Source: Vulcanimicrobiota bacterium | GTDB taxonomy: Bacteria > Vulcanimicrobiota > Xenobia > Xenobiales > JADMJV01 | Length of the DNA stretch: 64,000 nt | Assembly: GCA_050250895.1 (NCBI GenBank) | Contig: JBFWNU010000002.1 | Location: 64,001 to 128,000, forward strand | Direction of reading: 5' to 3' | Shown: positions 1 through 9,032 of the stretch, in pieces | Layout: each line of letters opens with the position of its first letter | Numbering within the stretch: position 1 is the stretch's first letter | Notes under the pieces: generated by a model | What the model was told of the DNA's origin: nothing | Database searches by the model: none | Seen by the model: the letters and a program-made list of their open reading frames with translations, nothing else | Translations under genes and position numbers: made by a program

Positions 1-1
1 G

Positions 2-346
2 GGGCGCTGGCTTCAGCGAGACTCCGTCCTGTTGGTCGAGCCACCACTCACTGAAGCCAAGCTGAAGCGAACTCTCGGACCGCCATCCCACCGCTGGACC
101 AACGGGTCGTGGTGTGGAACCTGTTACGCCGAACTCTGGGCCTATCCGGGCGGTCTCTCGGTGACCTCTGATTTGGGCGGCCTTGGAATGTTTCGTCTGA
201 CCACCGCAGAGGCCACCATTCCCGAAGGTTGGGTCTCCGTCGGCGAGAAGCGCCCGAGGGCTGTCTCGAACGGTGAGGGCGGCTTAACCACTCTACCTGC
301 GCTGCCGCGGACACTCGGGGCATCCCCAGTCGCCCCTGCCAGGTAG
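2..346 (+). CDS. 5'-truncated hypothetical protein, similar to 54247..54702
   Basis: Frame 2 is open from the window edge: GRWLQRDSVLLVEPPLTEAKLKRTLGPP...WAYPGGLSV, with TLG.P and AYPGGL motifs shared with 54247..54702. Confidence 0.55.
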   Translation, partial: GRWLQRDSVLLVEPPLTEAKLKRTLGPPSHRWTNGSWCGTCYAELWAYPGGLSVTSDLGGLGMFRLTTAEATIPEGWVSVGEKRPRAVSNGEGGLTTLPALPRTLGASPVAPAR

Positions 347-367
347 ACCACCCTGACCACCCTGACG

Positions 368-397
368 GCCCGACCCGGCCAACGGGGCCGGTCGGGC
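368..397. terminator. GC-rich hairpin between convergent genes
   Basis: GCCCGACCCGGCC-aacgg-GGCCGGTCGGGC; no U-tract. Confidence 0.4.
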
Positions 398-403
398 TCG
401 GCT

Positions 404-3400
404 CTAGAACCAGACGTGGATGTCCTCGGTTTGGCAGATTCCGCGGATGTCGGGACCCTGGCTCTTGAGCACGAAACGGTCACCCTGGCGGGCGTAGAGG
501 AACTGTCCACCCGGAGTGACCGGGTCGTTCCCGGCCCCCACCTGGGCCAACTCCGCCGGATACTCGCCGTGGTCGAGTCGATAGAGCTCCAGCTTTGCCA
601 CCGTGCGCATTGCTTCCAGACGGGCGTAGGACAGGCGCGCCTGCTGGTTGGCCCGGGTCAGGTTGGGTAGCAAGACCGAGGCCAGGCTACCCGGGCGGAC
701 CGTGTCGACGCCCGGCATTCGGCCCCCCAGGGCGCAATCGCGCCAGGCCAGAAAGCCGGCCGAATAGATCTGCAGCTCGCGCTGCTTGTAGACGGCCGGC
801 AGGGCCAGCGGCGCCAACAGGGCCAGTTCGCTACCGCTCAGGTCGTCGATCTCGCCAGAATCCAGTTCCTGGAAAGCTCGCATTCCGAAAGCCATCTCTT
901 CGTCAAGATGCTGCAGGTAGGCTTGCTGGCTCCACTCCTGCTGGTCCAGAGCGGTCAGGATGCGCTGGTAGTCGGCTTCACCAAAGCGATGTCGCTGCAA
1001 CAGGCCCAACAGGGCGTCGCCGGCGATGGCCTCCTGGGCCACCGTGATCAGCCCGTGAATGAGCGGCCCCTGGCCGGCCAGCTGGTCGGCCCAGTCCAGG
1101 CCGAAGAGGCAGTAGTCAAGGGCCTGGTCATAGTGACCCGCGCGCTCGCATTGCAGGGCCCGAACATAAAGGCCCTGATTGACCGCTCGCATCAGGATGA
1201 AGTTGGGCATCATCGCTCCGATGCCCTCGCTCCAGCGCGGGGGCACCACCCATTCGGGGCGCTCCATGGCCGTCCTCAGGCGCAGCAGGGCCTGGTCGAA
1301 GCGCTCGGTGTCCTGGGCGGCCCGCTCTTGCTCCTGGTCCAGTGCCTGCAGGATCTTCTCGCGATCGCCCTCGACCGCCCAGGAGAGGGCCTTGAGATCT
1401 TCGCCCAACATGGTGGCGCGCTGGCCCGGAGATTCGCTGCGCATGAACGTCACCGCGACCTGCTCGAAGCCGTTGTCGCGAGGGCTGACGGCCGCCTGGG
1501 CCAGTTCCCGCCGGCGGGCCTGCTCATAGATCCGCGACACTTCGGCCGTGCGGGCCTCGGGCACATCCAGCAAGACCATGCGAAGGCCGCCCCAGACCAT
1601 CACCACCAGCAAAGCTCCCACCGCTGCCCGGTTCAGAGTCGGGCCCAGCGGCACTGGCTCGTTCTCATCAAAGAGCACGAAACCGGCGCCGCCGAAAGCC
1701 GCCCCCAGGGCCAGTCCAAAGGCGCCGAACCAGGCCAGGACCGCCAGTTCGGCGGCCGGGCCGGGCGCCACCAGATTGGCCTGGAACAGAGCCCGGCCGG
1801 CCAGGGGCACCGTCGAAAGCAGGCCGCCCGTAACCGCTCCCAGACCCGCGCCCAGAGCCACGGCTTTGGCCAGGGATTGGGCGCACAGGCTGGCCAGAGC
1901 TCTGGCCAGCGGACCAAAGCAGAGCGAGGTCAGGGTGATCAACAGCACGACGGTGGCCAGGGCCGAAGAGGCGGCCATGGTGGCCGAGGTCGCGAAGGTC
2001 TCCAGCACCAACATTCCCACCAGACCACCCGCCTGCAAGGCTGCCACCAGAGTCAGGGCGGTGGCCGGGACCAACATGACTCGTTGCCCACTGCGGCGGG
2101 GCGAGACCGGGACCGGTTGACGCTCCCACTGCTGGCTCAGGCTGGTCTCGAGGGTTCGCCGTGACGAGACGGCCACATTCAGACAGGTCAGGCCGAGAGC
2201 GCCCAGCACCAGAGTCTCGCTCAGGATGTGGGACCATGCCTCGTCGCTCAAGTCGGCTCCCAGTACGACTCCCAGCAGGCCGATTCCCAAGCAGGCTGCG
2301 GCCCAGCTCAGCAGCCAGGTCCAACCTGTTCGGGCCAGGCCCGCCATAGTCCGGGTGCCGGCCTCGCTGCGGGTGCGGACCTGGGCCGACACGGCCAGTC
2401 CCATCAGGCCACCGGCCAACGGCATCAGCAGGGCTGCTAACAGGATCAGCAGGCCCGAGCCTATTTCCCAATCGGCCCAGTGCAGCCCCGTCGGGTCGAA
2501 AGCTACTGCCAGGCCGGCCACCGCCAGCACCGAGGCCAGTTCTAGATACACGGGCACGCAAGCCACCTGCAGCCAGCCGCGCAAAAAGACCCATTCGTTG
2601 AGGCCTGAAGCCAGCAACGTCTCGAGCGTGCCGCGCTCGCGCTCTTCCACCAACGCCGAGCTGGTGCGCAGGGCACAGCGCACAAAGGATAGACAGGCAA
2701 CCACTCCGAGCAAGGCCTCGAAGCCCCCGCGCCAGTCGGCGTAGGGCAGACAGATCAGTTGGGTTGCGGCCACCGTGAGAACCACCGTCGGTAGCACCAA
2801 TCGAGCCAAAAACAGCCCGCCCAGTCCTCCCGGGATGGCTCCCGCCAGGCGGGCGATTTCGCGCTGCACGATGGGATTGTCGCTGACCGCCCCGACCCAG
2901 GGGTTGCGCCGATAAGTGCGAGCCGGCGGCTCGAGGGCGCGCTCCAGGGCGGCCACTGTGAAGCTGCGTCCCACGACCAGGGCCAATCCGCCCACTGCCA
3001 GCGAGAAGACCAGGCAGGCCATCCCGTGCCCGTGCCAGAGCAGCCAGCCGCTACCTCCGGCCAGAACAGTTCCCAGTCCGGTCGCCATCAGGCTGGCGCC
3101 CCAGGCAGCTCCGCTGCCAAAGCGAGGAGCCACCATCACGGCTTGCACCAGATACGAGCCCACAAAGAGCAGGCAGGCCGTCAGTGGCAACCAGCCCAGG
3201 GCCGCGGTCAATACCAGGCCTCGGGAAGCGGCCGGAAAGATGCCTGCTCCAAGGGCCAGGATGAAGGCCACCGGCAGGCCCACCCGCATCAGCGAGCGCA
3301 GACTAAAACTTGCCAGAGCGTCCGACACTCCGCCGGCGCAGAGGCCCGAGGTCAACACCTCGTCGAGGCACCGACCCCGCACCAGCGAGCGCAGAATCGA

Positions 3401-3910
3401 GATATCCGAGGCGAAGTGATAGAGCGGCAGGGCGATGAGCAGGCTCAGACCCACCGTAGCCACAAAGAATCGAGCCGAAACGCCCTGCCCCATGAAGCTC
3501 ATGGCCAACCCCGGCAGGCCGTAGGCCAACACCGCCGTGGCCAGCCAGAAGGAGGGTCCGCGCAGGCCCGCCCGCACTGCTCGTGTCTCGAGCAAAGCGG
3601 CCAGCGGATGCGAGCCCGACAGCGAGATCAAGCCATCCAGCCAGCGCGAGAATCGGCCCACGGCGCGGTGAACCGCCAGCATCGGAACCACCTGCTTTTC
3701 GGCCTGGCCGGCCACCCGGCTGGCAAAGTCGGCCGGGAGGGGTCGGGCCACCGGCATTACCGCCGGCAACTCGCGCAGAGAGCCCACCAATCGCTGGCAC
3801 TCGCTACACTCGTGCAGATGGGCTTCGACCCGCTTGGAATCTAGGGGCGAGGCGTGCCCATCCAGCCAGTCGGAAATCGTCTCGAACAAATTCGCGCATT
3901 CGTGTTTCAT
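404..3910 (-). CDS. zf-HC2 anti-sigma factor fused to ABC-2-permease-like multi-TM region and a large extracytoplasmic helical domain
   Basis: N-terminal HLHECSEC (HxxxCxxC); many TM segments with NPIVQREI and EERERGTLETLLASGL motifs; C-terminal YRLDHGEYPAEL...DP...FLY; overlaps the sigma factor stop codon. Confidence 0.75.
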   Translation of the reverse strand: MKHECANLFETISDWLDGHASPLDSKRVEAHLHECSECQRLVGSLRELPAVMPVARPLPADFASRVAGQAEKQVVPMLAVHRAVGRFSRWLDGLISLSGSHPLAALLETRAVRAGLRGPSFWLATAVLAYGLPGLAMSFMGQGVSARFFVATVGLSLLIALPLYHFASDISILRSLVRGRCLDEVLTSGLCAGGVSDALASFSLRSLMRVGLPVAFILALGAGIFPAASRGLVLTAALGWLPLTACLLFVGSYLVQAVMVAPRFGSGAAWGASLMATGLGTVLAGGSGWLLWHGHGMACLVFSLAVGGLALVVGRSFTVAALERALEPPARTYRRNPWVGAVSDNPIVQREIARLAGAIPGGLGGLFLARLVLPTVVLTVAATQLICLPYADWRGGFEALLGVVACLSFVRCALRTSSALVEERERGTLETLLASGLNEWVFLRGWLQVACVPVYLELASVLAVAGLAVAFDPTGLHWADWEIGSGLLILLAALLMPLAGGLMGLAVSAQVRTRSEAGTRTMAGLARTGWTWLLSWAAACLGIGLLGVVLGADLSDEAWSHILSETLVLGALGLTCLNVAVSSRRTLETSLSQQWERQPVPVSPRRSGQRVMLVPATALTLVAALQAGGLVGMLVLETFATSATMAASSALATVVLLITLTSLCFGPLARALASLCAQSLAKAVALGAGLGAVTGGLLSTVPLAGRALFQANLVAPGPAAELAVLAWFGAFGLALGAAFGGAGFVLFDENEPVPLGPTLNRAAVGALLVVMVWGGLRMVLLDVPEARTAEVSRIYEQARRRELAQAAVSPRDNGFEQVAVTFMRSESPGQRATMLGEDLKALSWAVEGDREKILQALDQEQERAAQDTERFDQALLRLRTAMERPEWVVPPRWSEGIGAMMPNFILMRAVNQGLYVRALQCERAGHYDQALDYCLFGLDWADQLAGQGPLIHGLITVAQEAIAGDALLGLLQRHRFGEADYQRILTALDQQEWSQQAYLQHLDEEMAFGMRAFQELDSGEIDDLSGSELALLAPLALPAVYKQRELQIYSAGFLAWRDCALGGRMPGVDTVRPGSLASVLLPNLTRANQQARLSYARLEAMRTVAKLELYRLDHGEYPAELAQVGAGNDPVTPGGQFLYARQGDRFVLKSQGPDIRGICQTEDIHVWF

Positions 3911-4539
3911 CGGTCTCCCTCTCCCTGCAGGGCTTTGGCAAAACGCAGCCGGGCCTTGGCCAGGCGGCTGCGGACAGTTCCCAGCGGCACTTTGAGCGCC
4001 CGGGCAATCTCATCGTAAGAAAGCTGCATCACTTCGCGTAAGGTCAGGACGGTGCGGTCCTGGTCGTTGAGCTCGTCAAAGGCCCGGCTTAGATCCAGGC
4101 GTTGCTCGGTGCCCTCGCTCTCGGCCGGTGTGACCGGCTCTTGGCCGCCATCGGCCAGCGCATCCAGCGACCCCGGACGCGTGCGCCGCTGAAAGCGACG
4201 GCATTGATAGGTGACGATGCGCAGCATCCAAGAATGGGCCGCCTGGGGATCGCGCAATTGGTGGATGGCCGAATAGGCGGCCAGGTAGGCCTCTTGCAGG
4301 GCGTCCTGAGCCGTATCGGCGTCGCGCAGCAGCGAGCAGGCCAGGCGATAGGCCGGCTCTTGCGTTTCGCGCACGAAGGCCTCGAAGGCCCCCTCTTCGC
4401 CGTCTTGAACCCGGCCCACCAGCTGCGACAACCTTTGCCGGCGACTGTCGGTCATGCTCGGGGATTGCTCGGCCACGGCCTGACCGCCTCTTGACCCGAG
4501 CAAGTTTCCGACCGCAAATGCTCCATAAGCTGAACTCAC
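3907..4539 (-). CDS. ECF (sigma-70 group 4) RNA polymerase sigma factor
   Basis: AQDALQEAYL (region 2) and LSYDEIARALKVPLGTVRSRLAKAR (region 4 HTH); GGAGG RBS upstream. Confidence 0.93.
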   Translation of the reverse strand: MSSAYGAFAVGNLLGSRGGQAVAEQSPSMTDSRRQRLSQLVGRVQDGEEGAFEAFVRETQEPAYRLACSLLRDADTAQDALQEAYLAAYSAIHQLRDPQAAHSWMLRIVTYQCRRFQRRTRPGSLDALADGGQEPVTPAESEGTEQRLDLSRAFDELNDQDRTVLTLREVMQLSYDEIARALKVPLGTVRSRLAKARLRFAKALQGEGDR

Positions 4540-4609
4540 GCACTCACCTCCGTCTAACGGGTGATAGTGCCAGCGGGCTCAGGAAAAGTTCGCGGTGGCT
4601 GAAAAAGTT

Positions 4610-5059
4610 TTAGCTAGCGCGCCGCTCGAGAGCCTCGACCCGAGCAGCCAGGTCGCTGACGATGCCAGTCAGTTCCTCGTTCTGCTTGACCACGCTCTCC
4701 ACTTTTGCGCGGTCTTCCAGGAGCCTAGTAAGGATCTGCTCGATACTGGCAAAGGTGCCCCCCAGGGCTACGGTGGTGGCTTCCATGTGAACCGACCGAG
4801 CTTGAAGGTTCTTGACCGCACCATCCAGTCGCGCAACGTCCCGCTGGACGTAGCCCAAATCCTCCTGGAGTTTCCCCACGTCCTCCTGGAGTTTCCCCAC
4901 GTCCTCCTGGAGTTTCCCCATATGGGTTCCCAGGTCCCCGACCACTCCTACAACCGTGGAGAGTTCTCGCGTGGTAGCACTCTGTTCGGCTTGAAGGTCC
5001 TGGAGGTGGCCTCCGACCGCGGTCATGGCTTGGCGAAGCTGATGGAGGTCGTCGCTCAT
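4610..5059 (-). CDS. coiled-coil hypothetical protein
   Basis: Heptad repeats GKLQEDV; TATAAT lies 6 nt before the ATG at 5059, implying a leaderless start. Confidence 0.75.
   Translation of the reverse strand: MSDDLHQLRQAMTAVGGHLQDLQAEQSATTRELSTVVGVVGDLGTHMGKLQEDVGKLQEDVGKLQEDLGYVQRDVARLDGAVKNLQARSVHMEATTVALGGTFASIEQILTRLLEDRAKVESVVKQNEELTGIVSDLAARVEALERRAS
4860..4920. repeat. 21-bp coding tandem repeat, about 3 copies
   Basis: TCCTCCTGGAGTTTCCCCACG twice plus a 19-nt partial copy. Confidence 0.95.
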
Positions 5060-5103
5060 AGGCATATTATACGACTTCTGACCGCTTCATCCAACCTCTG
5101 CGG

Positions 5104-5535
5104 TTATAAGCCGGCTGGGACAGCCTCGGGTTTGACGATCTGATAGCCCGCCAGCTTCCATTTGGCATCCTCGCGAATCAGCGTCAGTAGTTCGGCGGCC
5201 TTGGGCAGATTGGCGTAAGACGAGGTGAACCGCAGCACGTAGAAGTCCCCGGTCACCCCGTTGAGTTGGTTATGGTGGGTGGCCTTGACGAACTTGCGGC
5301 TCTTTCGCGCTCCTACGGCTTGGTGAGCTGCAGCTAGTGAAGCGGCAAAACTGTCGGCAGTGGTGGCCTGCTGCAGCATCGCCGCGCCGGCCTTGTAGGC
5401 GTCGGCATAGTTGCCTTCATCGAGCGTCACCAACACCTCCTGGCCCCGGGCCACCGCCGCCTTGTCGGTCTCGGCCACCCCTACCAGGGTCGCCAGCAAC
5501 ATCAACCACATTACTAAGCAAAAACGTCTCATCAA
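5104..5535 (-). CDS. secreted DUF4019-like protein
   Basis: Signal peptide; LDEGNYADAY...GARKSRK...GDFYVLRFTSSYAN...ELLTL...WKLAGY pattern. Confidence 0.7.
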   Translation of the reverse strand: MMRRFCLVMWLMLLATLVGVAETDKAAVARGQEVLVTLDEGNYADAYKAGAAMLQQATTADSFAASLAAAHQAVGARKSRKFVKATHHNQLNGVTGDFYVLRFTSSYANLPKAAELLTLIREDAKWKLAGYQIVKPEAVPAGL

Positions 5536-5574
5536 GAGACTTTCGCGCCCGGGCGGCGGCCACCCTGGCTCGTC

Positions 5575-5613
5575 TTTCAGGCTGATTTCAGCCGCCGGGG
5601 CTAGTCTGTCTCC
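5575..5613 (+). promoter_or_regulatory. heptamer direct repeat plus -10 element, leaderless promoter
   Basis: TTTCAGG-ctga-TTTCAGC-N9-TAGTCT-N6-ATG. Confidence 0.65.
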
Positions 5614-6675
5614 ATGCAGATTGCAGGAGTGGGGCTAGCCTTGTACGCCCGAAGGCCGCCTCAAACTACCCGGGCCGCATCGTTAGACCAGGTATGCCTT
5701 CAGGCCGGCGAGACCCACGCCCAACGTCCCGTTTTTGCGGCACCGACTTTGCGTCCCCGTCCTGAGCCTATCCAGGTGCAGGGCGAACAACTGGCCCAGC
5801 AACTGGCTCCCACGCTGACCCGGCACACCGTCAATTATCGCTACAATTCGCTCTTGCCCATGCTCGATTTCGTCAATCACCTCAACGGCCAGCCGGCTGA
5901 ATGCACCTTCCGCCAGGGCTTCGAGAGCTATGCTCCCGACCTGGTGGGCGATATGGCCAAAGTTGGCGGCCGCTCTTGCGTGGGCATGGCCATCACCTTG
6001 CGCGACGACCTGCGGGGTCGGGGACTGCCCGCCTACATCTGTCCGGTCAGTCTCCCCGAGGCCCTCCAACACGGCAATCCGCTGGCTTTTGGCCACACCG
6101 CTGTGGTCATCCCCTTCCGCCACCAAAATGACCAGGGCTACGTCATCCTCGACCCTGGCCTGAGCATTCCCAAGCCGATCGTGGTGCGCGAAGGGCAGAC
6201 CACCAGCCTGGTCCCCTGGGAGAATTCACCTCACCCCCAGACCTGGACTTTCCAATTCGAGAGCCCTCACATGCTCAGTTGCGAGGTGCAGATTCCCAAC
6301 TCCAGTGGGGGAGGCACGAGTCGCTTCCTTATCGACCAGGAGTGGACTGACCCCGAGGCCACGCTCGGCCGTTGTGCTTCGCTCAATCCCCGCCCTCGCA
6401 TCACCGCTCGCGACGCCCGGGGTGAAACGCTGGCGGCTGTGGCCGTGGAGATGCGCCGCCCGGGCTCGGTGCGGGTGGTGGTCGAAAGCGAGGGCCGGCG
6501 CCAACGCTTTGCCTACCAGGCTGAAGACAAGTGGCAAGAAGCCATCAGTCCCGAAATTGCCCGGTTACTCTTGCCCCACTCCGCCGACCCGCGCCAGGAA
6601 CTCATCGAGGCCGTCCGGCGATGCAGCCAATCCATGCCCATCTTGCAAACCGCTATTCAGGCGGTGCTAGCTTGA
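5614..6675 (+). CDS. hypothetical protein with putative Cys-His-Asp triad (NAT/transglutaminase-like)
   Basis: GRSCVGM, FGHTAVVI and YVILDPG in triad order. Confidence 0.6.
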   Translation: MQIAGVGLALYARRPPQTTRAASLDQVCLQAGETHAQRPVFAAPTLRPRPEPIQVQGEQLAQQLAPTLTRHTVNYRYNSLLPMLDFVNHLNGQPAECTFRQGFESYAPDLVGDMAKVGGRSCVGMAITLRDDLRGRGLPAYICPVSLPEALQHGNPLAFGHTAVVIPFRHQNDQGYVILDPGLSIPKPIVVREGQTTSLVPWENSPHPQTWTFQFESPHMLSCEVQIPNSSGGGTSRFLIDQEWTDPEATLGRCASLNPRPRITARDARGETLAAVAVEMRRPGSVRVVVESEGRRQRFAYQAEDKWQEAISPEIARLLLPHSADPRQELIEAVRRCSQSMPILQTAIQAVLA

Positions 6676-6734
6676 ACGTCCGTGTCCCTGGCCAGCCTGC
6701 CGCTGCTGGCTGGCCCCGACGGCCGCTACCACCT

Positions 6735-6773
6735 TTTCCACAACCTTTAAGCACGCGCTGTTAGCCTGTTGCT
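6735..6773 (+). promoter_or_regulatory. heptamer direct repeat plus -10 element, leaderless promoter
   Basis: TTTCCAC-aacc-TTTAAGC-N9-TAGCCT-N6-ATG. Confidence 0.6.
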
Positions 6774-7970
6774 ATGCAGGTCCAAGCCAACCGTCGGTCC
6801 ATTTCCATCGATCAGGCCTCGCGCGTTCTCTCGCGCCAGCCCGACCCTGGCACGCGCCAGGGCGACCGTGTCACCCTGGGCGGCGGCAGCCTGGCCAGCC
6901 CGGCTCTTGTGCCCGACGGAGTTTGCCACGCCTCGGGCCGGCGACTGAGTTGCTACGACCGCAACGGGCAGGTGCGCTGGCGTGAAGACTTCTCCACCCC
7001 GGTCTCGGCCGTGGGCGCGGACGCCCAGGGGCGCACCTTCGTGTGCAGCGACGACGGTCACCTCCACGGCCTTGGCCCCGACGGCCAGCAACTTTTCGCC
7101 CCCATCCAGGTCGATGCCGACAGCGGCCACGCTCCGGCGGTGGCCCCGGACGGGACTGTCTATATCGTCACTCGTGGCACGCGCCTCGAGGCTTACACCC
7201 CCGAGGGCGAGCAAAAGTTCTCGAAAGACTTGCGCAAAACCAGTCTGCGTTCGCTCCTCGGCCTCGAGAATCGCCATCAGTATAGCTCCACTCCCACCCT
7301 TACCAGCGATGGCAAAGCGGTAGTCGCAGACGAGCGAAACTACGTCACCGCTTTCGACTCCTCCGGCAAGAGAAGCTGGACCTATCGTTTGCCCCAGCAG
7401 GTGATGACCGGTATCAGCGCCGGCCCGGACGGGCGCGTGGGCCTGGGCATCTATCTCGACGAAATGATCGTGCTCAATCACAAAGGCAAGGTCGAGACTC
7501 GAGTCGACGCCCAGGGGCCGTGTGTGTCCACCGGAGTAGCCGTGGCCGCCAACGGAGATTTGGTGGCTGGCGACTCCTCTGGCATCCTGGCCGCCTACGA
7601 CCGCAAAGGCATCCGCAAGTGGACCATCCGCAATGACCACAAATTTACCGGCACACCCACGTTCCAGAAGGGGCACCTCTACGCCACCACCTGGTTCGGC
7701 AAGTTTTATGACATCGACGCCGCCACCGGGAAAGTCGCCTTCTCCACCGACCTGGGTGGCGGCCAGTTGTCGATGTCGTCTCCCGTGGTCGACGAGGAGG
7801 GGACGGCTTACATCAGCCTGGTGAACGGTCTGGTGGCCCTGCGCACCCAGACAAAAGAAGTCGACTCCAGCCTCGACCCCCACGAACCCGTCAAGCCAGC
7901 CGCTCTCGAGTTGCAAGAAGACGACGGCTGGCTGGTGGTGGGCGACCAGCAACTCTCGATCAACTACTAG
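6774..7970 (+). CDS. PQQ-like beta-propeller repeat protein
   Basis: Repeated blades (PAVAPDGTVY, AFDSSGKRSW, AYDRKGIRKW, SSPVVDEEGTAY). Confidence 0.85.
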   Translation: MQVQANRRSISIDQASRVLSRQPDPGTRQGDRVTLGGGSLASPALVPDGVCHASGRRLSCYDRNGQVRWREDFSTPVSAVGADAQGRTFVCSDDGHLHGLGPDGQQLFAPIQVDADSGHAPAVAPDGTVYIVTRGTRLEAYTPEGEQKFSKDLRKTSLRSLLGLENRHQYSSTPTLTSDGKAVVADERNYVTAFDSSGKRSWTYRLPQQVMTGISAGPDGRVGLGIYLDEMIVLNHKGKVETRVDAQGPCVSTGVAVAANGDLVAGDSSGILAAYDRKGIRKWTIRNDHKFTGTPTFQKGHLYATTWFGKFYDIDAATGKVAFSTDLGGGQLSMSSPVVDEEGTAYISLVNGLVALRTQTKEVDSSLDPHEPVKPAALELQEDDGWLVVGDQQLSINY

Positions 7971-8994
7971 GCGGGCTGACCGCCTGCGCCCCACCCGAGC
8001 GGCGAAACCTGGCCCGATAGGCAGCCAGCGGACGTTCCAACAGCCAGTATGACGCCAGCGTACAGGCAAGCAGGGCCAGCCAGGCCGGCCATCCCCGAGC
8101 GAACGGCACTTCGAGTCGGCTAATAAAGAGGGGATGCCAAACGTAGAGACTGTAAGACACCCGCCCCACCGCCACCAGCGGAGCGAACCTGAGCAATGAG
8201 GCCCGGTTGACCACGCTCCACCACACCAGGGCGGTGAGAGCCACATCGCGCAGGGTGGGCAGAAACGCCAGCAGCACTCCGGGCAGTTGGGTTGCGTAGG
8301 CGTGAAGACCCAGCACCGCCAGCACCGAGATCACCGGGGTCGCCGCCCAGGGGCGAGCCGGCGAGTCCTCCAGGAAGATGGCCAGGGCACAGCCCATCAT
8401 CAGGGTGCCAAAGCCGGTAGCCTGCAGCATGGTGGCCGGGGAGAAATCCAGAGTGCCGTTCTTGAGAATGCGCAAGAGCGGCCAGCCCAGGCCAAGGCCC
8501 AGGGCAAGCCACCCCGCCCGCCGCTTTCCCAACCAGCGCAAGAGCAAGGGCCAGACCAGATAGAACTGCTCCTCGTAGGACAGCGACCAGGCGTGCTCGA
8601 GGTTGTGATGCAGATGGGTGTGGAACCAGTTGACCAGATACGACGAAGCCACCAACAGGCTGAAGGTATCGGTGTAGACGACCTGAGCGGCCCGCAACAG
8701 CACCAGGACCAGCACGTACAAATAGAAGATGGGAAAAATCCGCACCGTTCGCCGGATGTAGAACTGCTTGAGATCGAACCGGCCATGCTCCTTCTGTTCG
8801 GCTAGCAACAGCGAGGTGATCAGGTAGCCACTCAACACGAAGAACAGGGCCACCCCCGTTCGCCCGCCGAAAGGAAACCATCTCGGCGTTGCGACATAGC
8901 CCGCAAAGCTCGCGTGGAGCCACACCACCAACAGAATCGCTACCCCCCGTAAGCCGTCCAAGGGGACGCAACGAGAGCCGTGCTCGGATCGCAT
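7960..8994 (-). CDS. acyltransferase-3 (OafA-like) membrane O-acyltransferase
   Basis: LDGLRGVAILLVV, GVALFFVLSGYLIT, FYIRRTVRIFP, HAWSLSYEEQFY. Confidence 0.93.
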   Translation of the reverse strand: MRSEHGSRCVPLDGLRGVAILLVVWLHASFAGYVATPRWFPFGGRTGVALFFVLSGYLITSLLLAEQKEHGRFDLKQFYIRRTVRIFPIFYLYVLVLVLLRAAQVVYTDTFSLLVASSYLVNWFHTHLHHNLEHAWSLSYEEQFYLVWPLLLRWLGKRRAGWLALGLGLGWPLLRILKNGTLDFSPATMLQATGFGTLMMGCALAIFLEDSPARPWAATPVISVLAVLGLHAYATQLPGVLLAFLPTLRDVALTALVWWSVVNRASLLRFAPLVAVGRVSYSLYVWHPLFISRLEVPFARGWPAWLALLACTLASYWLLERPLAAYRARFRRSGGAQAVSPPSS

Positions 8995-9032
8995 GGAAGG
9001 CCTTTTGTCGCCTTCGCCTGGCTCCCCTTCGT

